From a virus (taxonomy: Duplodnaviria; Caudoviricetes): a stretch of 53,646 nucleotides of DNA. Position 1 is the stretch's first letter, and each line of letters starts with the position of its first letter. Below the pieces are notes generated by a model. That model was given only the letters and a program-made list of their open reading frames with translations, ran no database searches and was not told the DNA's origin. This document shows, piece by piece, positions 36,173-44,011 of the stretch. Where the stretch lies: positions 1 to 53,646 of IMG/VR virus record IMGVR_UViG_3300033004_000003; one strand, 5' to 3'. The translations under genes and the position numbers were made by a program.

Positions 36173-38571
36173 TGAAAAAACTCATCGCAGCTATTTGGCT
36201 TCTTGCAACTCCGGCGCTCGCCGCCAATTATGCCAGCCCGACATATAACAACATCACGACCACCGGAAATATCACATCAAACAGCGGAAAAATCATCGCT
36301 GTTGTCCCTACCGACGCGGCGCTAAAGGCTCTCCCACTGACGGGATTTAGCGCCGGAACCATTGTGCAGGATACTGGATATTATGCTGATGGAGATATGC
36401 CGCCTGTCGAGTATTCGCTGCAAAACTCGGCATGCTCGCTGAATGCTGGCGCGGGTGATGGCGGATCGCAAATCCCCTCCAATACCTCTGGACACTGCTG
36501 GGTTTTGACGCCGCAGAATAGCTACGACGCGCGCATTTGGGGTGTGGTAGCGGATTATAATGGGACGACCGGGACCGAAAACACGACGGCGCTGGCGAAT
36601 GCTATCTCGTTCGCGGAAGGAAGCGCCGTCCAGGGTGCCGCACGACACCTGACACTGCCTGCTGGTGAAATCCTCACTGGGGCGCAAACGGTAAATGGTA
36701 GTATCAGGATAACCGGCGCTTCTGCGATTGCAACCACGCTTGTTCTGAAAAGCGGCGTCAATGCTCCGATCCTCACGACACTGATCACTAGCACAACGGG
36801 GCCATACGCGACAGCGCCCGAGGTGTATTATTCTGATCTATATCTCACCAGCGTTGATGGTCAGTCGGCAGTTAGTGAGACGGGTGCTTACGGCCTATCC
36901 TTCCCAAGCGGCGGCACGAACACTTTTGTATATCTCGACCGCATCAGCGTGGACAATATGCCGGCCGACGGTATAAACGGACATGGGTTCGTCGGATTTG
37001 TGCGCGCGAGTGTCGTGTACCTGCGCGCAAACGGAGGCAACGGCCTTTCCAGTAATTCCGACGAGGATTGGATACTCATAGGGGCCAATATTGACGGCAA
37101 TACCAGCAACGGCATCTTAAGCTCCGGTGACGGTCAATTTTATCTGAATAACATAAACTCGTTTGACAATCACGCAAATGGCGTTGAATTGTACGGGCAT
37201 GAAGCGGTAACTTTCGACGGCCACAACGAGTTCAACCTGAACGATCAAGATGGACTGCTCGTCGCCAACCAATCAAGCGGCAGCAATCTTTCCGTGATCT
37301 CTTTTAATGGGAATGTTGTGTTTGGGAATAACTCGTACACCGCTCCTAATACCTATTCAGCTATCGAGGTAAAGGGTGGCAGCGGAGCAGTCATAAACCT
37401 GCTTGGTGCATCGTTCATTGCTCCTTACGGGCAAAATTCCAGCAACCAAGAGAAATATAACGTCAATTTCACGAACTCCACGACAAATAATGTTTTTTGC
37501 GTCTCGTGTAATTTCTCTGGAGGATCTGGCGGGGCTTATGTCACCAACAACTTATCGCTACTAAATACGCTAGAATTTCCGTCTTCCGGCTCAGGCTGGA
37601 CGGTTAATGGTGCGCTGGCCGTTGCAAATGGAGCGACGTTTAACGGCACAACGAGTTTCGTTGGTGATTCTACGTTTGGAAGCACAGCCAGCTTCGCAGG
37701 GGCGGTTCAGCTGGGCGGCGGAATTAATGCCGGCAGCAACAATGTCCAAGTCACAGCCTCGACTCAATATCGAGGAATTACCGTAAGCAACGGGACGAAC
37801 ACGATTGCAGCAATCCAGGGCCATTCGTCCACAAACGATAATGGCGTTTTAACGCTGTATAACTCTGGCGTTCAGTCCGTTTCTATCGGCGGAACTGGCA
37901 GTAATTCGTTGTCAAATACGCTTTTATTAGGATCACCCGCTTCTGGATCAACGCCGGGAAATGGGCAGGTGCAGGCGCAGGCTGCGTCTGGTACAAATAT
38001 CAACGGCGGATCATTATATCTAATCGGATCGCTCGCTACAGGCACCGGCATTGACGGTGACATTGTGATAAAAACCGGCACCAACCCGGGATCGTCCGGT
38101 ACGACGCAGGCTACCGCAAACACTGCCGTGACGATTAAAGGAGAGACGCAAGCCCTAATCGCCAATGCGGGCTTGGAGGTTGGCTCCCCATCCGGCACTT
38201 TTGAAGGCACCGGCACAACCAATCAAGCTTCCGATTTCTACCTCAACGGCAAGAAAACCATGAGCGAAACGGCGTCTACGATCTCGTCCGGCTTCGGAAC
38301 TGGCGATGCGATCTCCCAGGCTAACGGTGATGTGGCGTTTGTCGATACCGTTGGATCAAGTTCCGGCTCTACGGCAACCTTCACAATGCCAGCCGCGACT
38401 AACGGATGGGATTGTTCGGCCTACGATCAGACAACCAATACGATTGATATTGTCCAAAGTGGTCAAACATCAACTAGCATCACCTTTAAAAGCTACCTCC
38501 GTACCACTGGGGCACTGACCGCCCCTACGGTAGGTGATGCTATCCAGATCGGTCCGTGTGTGGGGCATTGA
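36172..38571 (+). CDS. Tailspike-like parallel beta-helix protein with signal peptide
   Basis: MKKLIAAIWLLATPALA|A; TGYYADGD, DARIWGVVAD...ALANAI, N..NG repeats. Confidence 0.8.
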   Translation: MKKLIAAIWLLATPALAANYASPTYNNITTTGNITSNSGKIIAVVPTDAALKALPLTGFSAGTIVQDTGYYADGDMPPVEYSLQNSACSLNAGAGDGGSQIPSNTSGHCWVLTPQNSYDARIWGVVADYNGTTGTENTTALANAISFAEGSAVQGAARHLTLPAGEILTGAQTVNGSIRITGASAIATTLVLKSGVNAPILTTLITSTTGPYATAPEVYYSDLYLTSVDGQSAVSETGAYGLSFPSGGTNTFVYLDRISVDNMPADGINGHGFVGFVRASVVYLRANGGNGLSSNSDEDWILIGANIDGNTSNGILSSGDGQFYLNNINSFDNHANGVELYGHEAVTFDGHNEFNLNDQDGLLVANQSSGSNLSVISFNGNVVFGNNSYTAPNTYSAIEVKGGSGAVINLLGASFIAPYGQNSSNQEKYNVNFTNSTTNNVFCVSCNFSGGSGGAYVTNNLSLLNTLEFPSSGSGWTVNGALAVANGATFNGTTSFVGDSTFGSTASFAGAVQLGGGINAGSNNVQVTASTQYRGITVSNGTNTIAAIQGHSSTNDNGVLTLYNSGVQSVSIGGTGSNSLSNTLLLGSPASGSTPGNGQVQAQAASGTNINGGSLYLIGSLATGTGIDGDIVIKTGTNPGSSGTTQATANTAVTIKGETQALIANAGLEVGSPSGTFEGTGTTNQASDFYLNGKKTMSETASTISSGFGTGDAISQANGDVAFVDTVGSSSGSTATFTMPAATNGWDCSAYDQTTNTIDIVQSGQTSTSITFKSYLRTTGALTAPTVGDAIQIGPCVGH

Positions 38572-38622
38572 CCTACAGGAACCCCTTGCCGAATTACACA
38601 CTATCCATGTAGGATTGTGCAC

Positions 38623-38856
38623 ATGAACGCCACCACCGGAACCGTAGTCGGGACGTCTGGAGCCAGCACAATGCTGGCTACGGTGCTTGTCTGGCTGCTG
38701 TCTCTGCGCGGTATCGTCGTTCCGGACGACGTGGCGCTAGCGTTTACCGGCCTGTTCACCATGGCCGCGCATTATCTCGTCGCATCTCATATCCAGAATA
38801 CCGCCACTGGTGCAGGCGGTACGTCTTTAACCGCACCGCAAGGAAATCAGTCATGA
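38623..38856 (+). CDS. Putative holin (two hydrophobic segments)
   Basis: MLATVLVWLLSL and VALAFTGLFTMAAHYLV; follows tail genes. Confidence 0.55.
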   Translation: MNATTGTVVGTSGASTMLATVLVWLLSLRGIVVPDDVALAFTGLFTMAAHYLVASHIQNTATGAGGTSLTAPQGNQS

Positions 38857-39173
38857 CCGTCGAAAACACTACCGCCACCGTCGAAGGCATCGTTAACGAG
38901 ATCGCGCCCGTCGCCGGAGCTGTCGCCACCGCCATCGCGCCCGGCTCGGCTGCTGCAGTTGCCACCGCCGAGGGCGCGCTGACCGCTGCCGAGACCGTCG
39001 CCAACGCCGTCGAGGGCAATCTGCCGCACCACACCGCCCTGGACGACGTGGCGGCTGGTGTGGCGGCGCTCGCCAAGACCCCGATCGTGCAGTCCCATCC
39101 GACCGCCGCCGCCCATGTGTCGGCTCTCTCTGCTCTGCTCGCCGACATCGTGGCGTTCTTCAAGAGCCTCTAA
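38853..39173 (+). CDS. Ala-rich hypothetical protein (lysis region)
   Basis: AAGGA RBS, strong codon bias. Confidence 0.7.
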   Translation: MTVENTTATVEGIVNEIAPVAGAVATAIAPGSAAAVATAEGALTAAETVANAVEGNLPHHTALDDVAAGVAALAKTPIVQSHPTAAAHVSALSALLADIVAFFKSL

Positions 39174-39244
39174 TCCGGGTTGCGGTTCCCGGAGGGCTGA
39201 AAAGCCCGTGGCGGCGGTACTGGTGTATCGCCGCCACAACTGCA
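39174..39244 (+). ncRNA. Compact pseudoknotted RNA structure (three stems plus loop-tail pairing)
   Basis: TCCGGG/CCCGGA; GGGCT-GAAA-AGCCC; 13-bp stem 39208-39237; loop TGCGGTT pairs with AACTGCA. Confidence 0.55.
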
Positions 39245-39272
39245 CAGAGATAACGTTTTATGGGATGCCTAT

Positions 39273-39569
39273 ATGTCCGAAGTTGATTTGCACGCTATCG
39301 TTAAAGAGCACGCCGAGAGGCTTAACGATCACGATGACCGGCTGGATGACCATGAAGAGGTCATATCCAGGCACAGCATCATTTTAGAGCAATTAAAAAA
39401 CAACATCGTCGAAAGCCGCGCTAGTCTTACCCGCATCGAGACGAAGCTGGACGGCACTGTAAAAGATGCGCTGAACGCTATCCCTGTCTGGCTCGGCGTA
39501 TTGTTGGCGCTCTTGGCTCTTATGATAGCCGCTATGCAGTTTGGTCATGATCTATGGCCGCTTCACTGA
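39273..39569 (+). CDS. Coiled-coil plus C-terminal TM protein (holin/XhlA-like)
   Basis: RLNDHDDRLDDHEE coiled coil; WLGVLLALLALMIAAM. Confidence 0.6.
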   Translation: MSEVDLHAIVKEHAERLNDHDDRLDDHEEVISRHSIILEQLKNNIVESRASLTRIETKLDGTVKDALNAIPVWLGVLLALLALMIAAMQFGHDLWPLH

Positions 39570-39913
39570 CATTAGGACAACGGGCTGCTGATTTCGCCGC
39601 CGCTCGTATTGGCTCATGGGCGTTTTTGATCGGGTTTAACGTATTCGTGGCGTCTTGGATGGCGCTTAATTTTTTTCTCCGCGATCGTGCGTTTGATCCG
39701 TTTCCATGGATACTGTTAAATCTCGTGTTTTCCTGGCTGGCGGGCGTGCAAGCGCCGCTGATTATGATTTCCCAAAACCGCCAAGAAGAGATTTCACGCC
39801 AGCAACAGAAATACATGCTCAACATGCAGGAGGCGGTCTATGCGTTCATCCTCGAAAAAAACCCTGAACTGGCGCATCCGGCTGATCATACTGAGGCTGA
39901 TGGCGTGGTGTAG
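39554..39913 (+). CDS. DUF1003-like membrane protein
   Basis: TLGQRAAD....IGSW.F...FDPFPWILLNLVFS...QAPLIMISQNRQ. Confidence 0.85.
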   Translation: MAASLTLGQRAADFAAARIGSWAFLIGFNVFVASWMALNFFLRDRAFDPFPWILLNLVFSWLAGVQAPLIMISQNRQEEISRQQQKYMLNMQEAVYAFILEKNPELAHPADHTEADGVV

Positions 39914-39932
39914 TAATCTTTAAGGAGCCCTC

Positions 39933-41168
39933 ATGGCTGAGACAGAAGACCAGATTTTGGCCCGATGCCGTGAGACCTGCGATGCTATTGAAAAATACGG
40001 AGAGCGAGGCGCGGCGCGGGCTTTGGGGATTAGCCGGGGGGCATTAAGAAGCCGGAAGCACGCTATGGAGACGAGGGGTTTTTTACCTCACGCAAGGCTG
40101 GTTACCGATCGCCGGTCAGAACTTAGAACTGCCGACGGAACTCTAAAGCAATATTGGGATAAGCGGCGTCGAGACCGGATGGACGCAGAAGATGCGATCC
40201 ATATGCCGGACCCTAAAGTCATCACCAGCATATCCACAAATTATGACAGCGAAGGCCGTGTTGCTCAACAGTGGGTGACTGAAAAGCCAAAAGAGGCAGA
40301 GCGCGAAAAGCTCTGGCAAGCGCTCGCGGAGGAAATGGCAAGGCCTACCCCGCGCGTTACGCCATCCGAAGTGCCCGCACACGTCAACGCCGATCTGTGC
40401 ACATGTTATCCGGTGGGCGATCACCACATGGGCATGTATGCCTGGGCGGCGGAAACTGGCGCAAATTACGACATCGCCATCGCCGAACGGTTGCTGGCCG
40501 ATGCGATGAACCATCTAGTTTCCGCCGCGCCACCTAGCCACACTGCGATAGTGGCGGTTTTGGGTGACTTTTTGCATTATGACTCGACCGAGGCCGTGAC
40601 GCCGGCACATCGCAACCTGCTGGATTCAGATGGCCGGGCGCAAAAGATGGCGGCATCTGCGGTACACGCCCTGCGCCACCTCGTTGCTGCGGCTCTGGGG
40701 CGGCATGAGCGTGTGCACGTCATTGTAGAGAACGGAAATCACGACCCCCATAGCACCGTTTTCCTGCGCCTGCTGCTCTCGGTCCAGTACGAGAATGAGC
40801 CACGAGTGACGGTCGATATGTCGCCGTCGCATTATCATTATTTCGAATGGGGCGCGAACCTGGTTGGAACGCACCACGGACACGGGGCGAAGCTGGACCA
40901 GCTGGAAGGCATCATGGCGGCTGACCGGCCAGAAGCATGGGGGCGCACTCGCCACCGGGTCTGGTGGACCGGACACGTGCACCACCAGCAGCTAAAGGAC
41001 TATCGCGGATGTACGGTTGAGAGCTTTCGTGTTCTGCCTCCCGTCGATGCGTACGCCGCTGGGCAGGGTTATCGCTCTAAGCGCGGCATGCAGAGCATAA
41101 TCCTGCACCGCGAACACGGCGAGGTCGCTCGCCACATAGTGTGTCCCCGCATGTTTGAGGTGTCATAA
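39933..41168 (+). CDS. Calcineurin-like metallophosphoesterase with N-terminal HTH
   Basis: GDHHMG, GDFLH, GNHD, HHGH, GHVHH motifs; ERGAARALGISRGAL HTH. Confidence 0.85.
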   Translation: MAETEDQILARCRETCDAIEKYGERGAARALGISRGALRSRKHAMETRGFLPHARLVTDRRSELRTADGTLKQYWDKRRRDRMDAEDAIHMPDPKVITSISTNYDSEGRVAQQWVTEKPKEAEREKLWQALAEEMARPTPRVTPSEVPAHVNADLCTCYPVGDHHMGMYAWAAETGANYDIAIAERLLADAMNHLVSAAPPSHTAIVAVLGDFLHYDSTEAVTPAHRNLLDSDGRAQKMAASAVHALRHLVAAALGRHERVHVIVENGNHDPHSTVFLRLLLSVQYENEPRVTVDMSPSHYHYFEWGANLVGTHHGHGAKLDQLEGIMAADRPEAWGRTRHRVWWTGHVHHQQLKDYRGCTVESFRVLPPVDAYAAGQGYRSKRGMQSIILHREHGEVARHIVCPRMFEVS

Positions 41169-41389
41169 TGCCCCAACTCCGCATCATCAAAAACAGCGAC
41201 AAGCCGGGCCAGACATTCGAAGACGCATCCCGTGCGACGTTCGAGCGCGTGCTGGCAGAAACATCCGGCGCGATTGTATTTATTTACGAGACTGAGAACG
41301 GTGTTGAAATTGGGTCAACGCCATCGCTCTGGGCCGTGAGGCGCGGTTTGATCGACATCGCGTTTGAGACGATACATGGGGACGAATAA
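41168..41389 (+). CDS. Hypothetical protein
   Basis: GAGG RBS, TAATG coupling. Confidence 0.6.
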   Translation: MPQLRIIKNSDKPGQTFEDASRATFERVLAETSGAIVFIYETENGVEIGSTPSLWAVRRGLIDIAFETIHGDE

Positions 41390-41580
41390 TGCTCTGGGCT
41401 GGCGTTGACGGCTCCGGCGCGGTCTGCGTGTACGGCCTAAGCGAGGCGAAACTGGACGATCTCACTCCGGACGAGGCGCGCGTTTTTGCGCACAACCTGC
41501 TGCACTTAGCTGACGTGGTGGAGGACCTGAATGATGCGCCGGATAGTCATAGAGCGCGAGACCAAGCTGACGCGGCTTAG
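41389..41580 (+). CDS. Hypothetical protein
   Basis: TAATG coupling; LTPDEARVFAHNLLHLAD. Confidence 0.55.
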   Translation: MLWAGVDGSGAVCVYGLSEAKLDDLTPDEARVFAHNLLHLADVVEDLNDAPDSHRARDQADAA

Positions 41581-41672
41581 CTTCGCAGCGCAGTTCAAGC
41601 CGCGCCAGGATGATCCCTGGGCGGCTTGGTGGGCGTTGTGGTTTTGGTGGGTGTGAGGGGCAGTTGTTGGAC

Positions 41673-42581
41673 TCAGGGCAGGCACTCCATCGCAGCCGCG
41701 ATGAACTCGCGCGCGACGACAGCATTTATGGCGTTACCAGCACCGCGGATGATGCCCACGTCGCCGGTATTCCTTGGAGCCACAGGGTAAAGGCCGGGTT
41801 GAGTAGGCCGCTTCTTCCCGTCGAGGCAGTCGAGCCATTCAAGCTCGCGCCAGGGATCGTGTGGGCCACCTGATTGTTCAACTGCTCGCCCTTCTTCGCT
41901 CCACCGCGTTCCGCAAAGGCTTTGTGGTTCGGGGTCCGCCAGTCCCTCGCGGATGGGGTGGCCCACCCCGTCACTAGCTGGACGAAGTCTTGGAGATCGT
42001 TCGCATGACCACCCAGAGCGCGGGCTAGAACCTTCTGCGGGTCTATCGTCGCCCCGCCGCTCTTGCCTTTGACGGTCGGCGTAGGCAACCCAGAATCGGC
42101 GGTGGCGGATGTTTGGGGCGCCGAAGCCCGCAGAATTGAGTACGACCGACCCGCAGGCGTAGCTTCCACCTTCCAGGTCTGTCGATACAGCGTCGAACCA
42201 CACCCTTGCTGCCGGGCTATCAACTTGCTCGCCAAAGATCGCGTGAGGTCCACACTCTTTGATGAGACGCCACCAATCCGGCCACAAATGGCGGTCGTCA
42301 GCGATTCCAGCGGCGTCTGGGTTTGCCCCGCTGAACGGCTGGCATGGGCAGCTTCCAGTCCAAATAGGTCGGCTATCTGGCCACCCTGCCTCGCGTAGCG
42401 CGTGCGACCAGATGCCGATGCCGGCGAAGAAATGGCATTGCACGTAGCCTTCAAGGTCGGCAGATCGAACGTCGCAAATAGATCGGTCATCAACATCCCC
42501 AGGAGCGATAAGCCCGGCTGCAATCAGATTTCGCAGCCATTGAACCGCGAACGGCTCAATCTCGTTGTAGTACGCCGTCAC
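41673..42581 (-). CDS. DNA cytosine-5 methyltransferase, large (alpha) subunit
   Basis: FFAGIG (I), GSCPCQPFS (IV), GEQV (VI), APNIRHRRFWV (VIII), GAGNAI (X); GTG start coupled to upstream stop. Confidence 0.9.
   Translation of the reverse strand: MTAYYNEIEPFAVQWLRNLIAAGLIAPGDVDDRSICDVRSADLEGYVQCHFFAGIGIWSHALREAGWPDSRPIWTGSCPCQPFSGANPDAAGIADDRHLWPDWWRLIKECGPHAIFGEQVDSPAARVWFDAVSTDLEGGSYACGSVVLNSAGFGAPNIRHRRFWVAYADRQRQERRGDDRPAEGSSPRSGWSCERSPRLRPASDGVGHPIREGLADPEPQSLCGTRWSEEGRAVEQSGGPHDPWRELEWLDCLDGKKRPTQPGLYPVAPRNTGDVGIIRGAGNAINAVVAREFIAAAMECLP
41726..42490 (-). CDS. Overprinted beta subunit of the C5 methyltransferase (TRD + motif IX)
   Basis: Stop-free alternate frame inside the MTase; LPTPT, WATPSARDWR, LLNPAFTLWLQGIPATW. 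Confidence 0.7.
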   Translation of the reverse strand: MTDLFATFDLPTLKATCNAISSPASASGRTRYARQGGQIADLFGLEAAHASRSAGQTQTPLESLTTAICGRIGGVSSKSVDLTRSLASKLIARQQGCGSTLYRQTWKVEATPAGRSYSILRASAPQTSATADSGLPTPTVKGKSGGATIDPQKVLARALGGHANDLQDFVQLVTGWATPSARDWRTPNHKAFAERGGAKKGEQLNNQVAHTIPGASLNGSTASTGRSGLLNPAFTLWLQGIPATWASSAVLVTP

Positions 42582-42754
42582 TCTGCGGCACCTTCCGCGC
42601 CGAGCCAAAAGCTGAACGATTGCAGGCAATCACTCGGCCCGGCCCAATACGTCGTGATGTTGCGGTACGCGACAGTGCGGTCAACCACATTTAAACAGAC
42701 GATGCAGTTCTTGGGCTCACCGCGCGAAGCGTTTTTGGTTTTCTTGCTCATCAT
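42578..42754 (-). CDS. Hypothetical protein (58 aa)
   Basis: Manually translated; GGAG RBS; stop overlaps MTase GTG. Confidence 0.5.
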   Translation of the reverse strand: MMSKKTKNASRGEPKNCIVCLNVVDRTVAYRNITTYWAGPSDCLQSFSFWLGAEGAAE

Positions 42755-42780
42755 CGCGTCTCCAGTTTGTGTCGATAAGC

Positions 42781-42847
42781 CTTTTAACTATGCCGAATAC
42801 AATCTGTCAATCTTTTTGTTGACGCTTGTCTTACATTCTTCTATAAA
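42781..42847. promoter_or_regulatory. Divergent sigma70-like promoters
   Basis: + TTGACG-N17-TATAAA (42819-42847); - TTGACA-N17-TTAAAA. Confidence 0.7.
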
Positions 42848-42852
42848 AAGAC

Positions 42853-43020
42853 ATGCCGAAAACACCGACAAAACCAAAACTTACCAGCATTACCATTCGC
42901 GTATCGGAAGAACTTAAGGCCCACGCGACGGAGGCCGCGAGTGATGATAGTCGCTCGCTCTCATCGTGGCTTGAGCAGATCATAAAGAAAGCATTGAAAG
43001 GAAAGCGCCGTGCCAGTTAA
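42853..43020 (+). CDS. Arc/ribbon-helix-helix DNA-binding protein
   Basis: Manually translated: ...TSITIRVSEELKAHATEAASDDSRSLSSWLEQIIKKAL. Confidence 0.75.
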   Translation: MPKTPTKPKLTSITIRVSEELKAHATEAASDDSRSLSSWLEQIIKKALKGKRRAS

Positions 43021-43216
43021 TTACATCTATGTGATGCGCTACGGCGAAAACCTGCATAAGATCGGGTTTTCAATCAAGCCTTTGGCACGACTTCGCGCGC
43101 TACGCTCACCAAGCATGGACATCGGTTTAGTGGCAAGCTGGGAGCGCCGTTTGTTTGGACCAAAGGGAACACCGGTATTCGGGCGCCCGAAAACAGAAAG
43201 GAAGTCAAAACCATGA
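43010..43216 (+). pseudogene. Truncated GIY-YIG (T5orf172-like) nuclease
   Basis: YIYVM....HKIGFS.KP..RLRAL; the downstream catalytic-Glu helix appears missing. Confidence 0.55.
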
Positions 43217-43413
43217 GCAAAGCTGGAGACTTATGGCGCGAGGTCATGGACGGCCTGCGCGCTGGTGGCAGATCGTGCGCTGACTGCGGCCACTATAGCG
43301 CTTTCATCGCGCCCGGCATGAAGAGCCGCACATGTACGATGCAGGACGGCGGCGGATGCTTTGTGCCCGTTGATCCGTCGCACCTGTGTTCTGATTGGAA
43401 GGAAAGAAAATGA
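43213..43413 (+). CDS. Small Cys-rich protein
   Basis: CADCGHY...C...C...CSDW. Confidence 0.6.
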   Translation: MSKAGDLWREVMDGLRAGGRSCADCGHYSAFIAPGMKSRTCTMQDGGGCFVPVDPSHLCSDWKERK

Positions 43414-43583
43414 GGCTCGAGGAGCGTGTCGCGCGGGCAATCTGCCGCGTGGAACTTGACATAATCGACGGAAATTCCCAGCGCCACTACGACATCGACG
43501 CGCGTGTTAATGCCGAGTGGCCGGAATGGATACCCCATGCACGCGCCGCGATTGCGGCTATGACAGAAGGAGCCATCAAATGA
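43410..43583 (+). CDS. Hypothetical protein (ERVARA family)
   Basis: Paralog of 4915-5181. Confidence 0.6.
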   Translation: MRLEERVARAICRVELDIIDGNSQRHYDIDARVNAEWPEWIPHARAAIAAMTEGAIK

Positions 43584-44011
43584 GCGAAACCGCCGATCTG
43601 AGGCCGTTCGGCTACGCGCCGGGCGACTACATGGTGAGATGCCGCCAGTGCAATAAGCAGACGTTCGGCGCCGATAAGCGCGCAATCGCCTGCCGCCCAT
43701 GCGCCGAAAAGCGGATGGCCGAGTATGTGCCCCCTATGCTGACCGACCACGACAAAGCAATCACGGCGGCGATGGCCACGCACGGACGCCTGATCAGCAC
43801 TTATAGCCGCGAGTTTCTGGGGGAAGCCATCGCCGCCTATCTCGCCGCCAGGACCGACGCGGTGTTGATGCCGAGGGAGTTGGATGACGAATTGGCCGAA
43901 ATTGGCAGCGATGCAAGTTGCTGCGCCTCACGGTATGATGTGAAAGCCAGCCATGCCGCCCTGGTCGCGGAGATAGACCGGCGCGCAAAGACAGAAGAGG
44001 TCCACAAATGA
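43580..44011 (+). CDS. Zinc-ribbon hypothetical protein
   Basis: GYAPGDY...CRQC...ADKRAIACRPCA. Confidence 0.65.
   Translation: MSETADLRPFGYAPGDYMVRCRQCNKQTFGADKRAIACRPCAEKRMAEYVPPMLTDHDKAITAAMATHGRLISTYSREFLGEAIAAYLAARTDAVLMPRELDDELAEIGSDASCCASRYDVKASHAALVAEIDRRAKTEEVHK

Noticed and set aside
33018-38571. Diversity-generating retroelement or invertible fibre cassette
   Set aside because: No reverse transcriptase or invertase, and no near-identical template/variable repeat pair seen
39174-39244. tRNA, hammerhead/HDV ribozyme or stop-readthrough signal
   Set aside because: No T-loop or cloverleaf, no CUGANGA...GAAA core, no HDV P3/P1.1, and in-frame readthrough meets TGA after 8 codons
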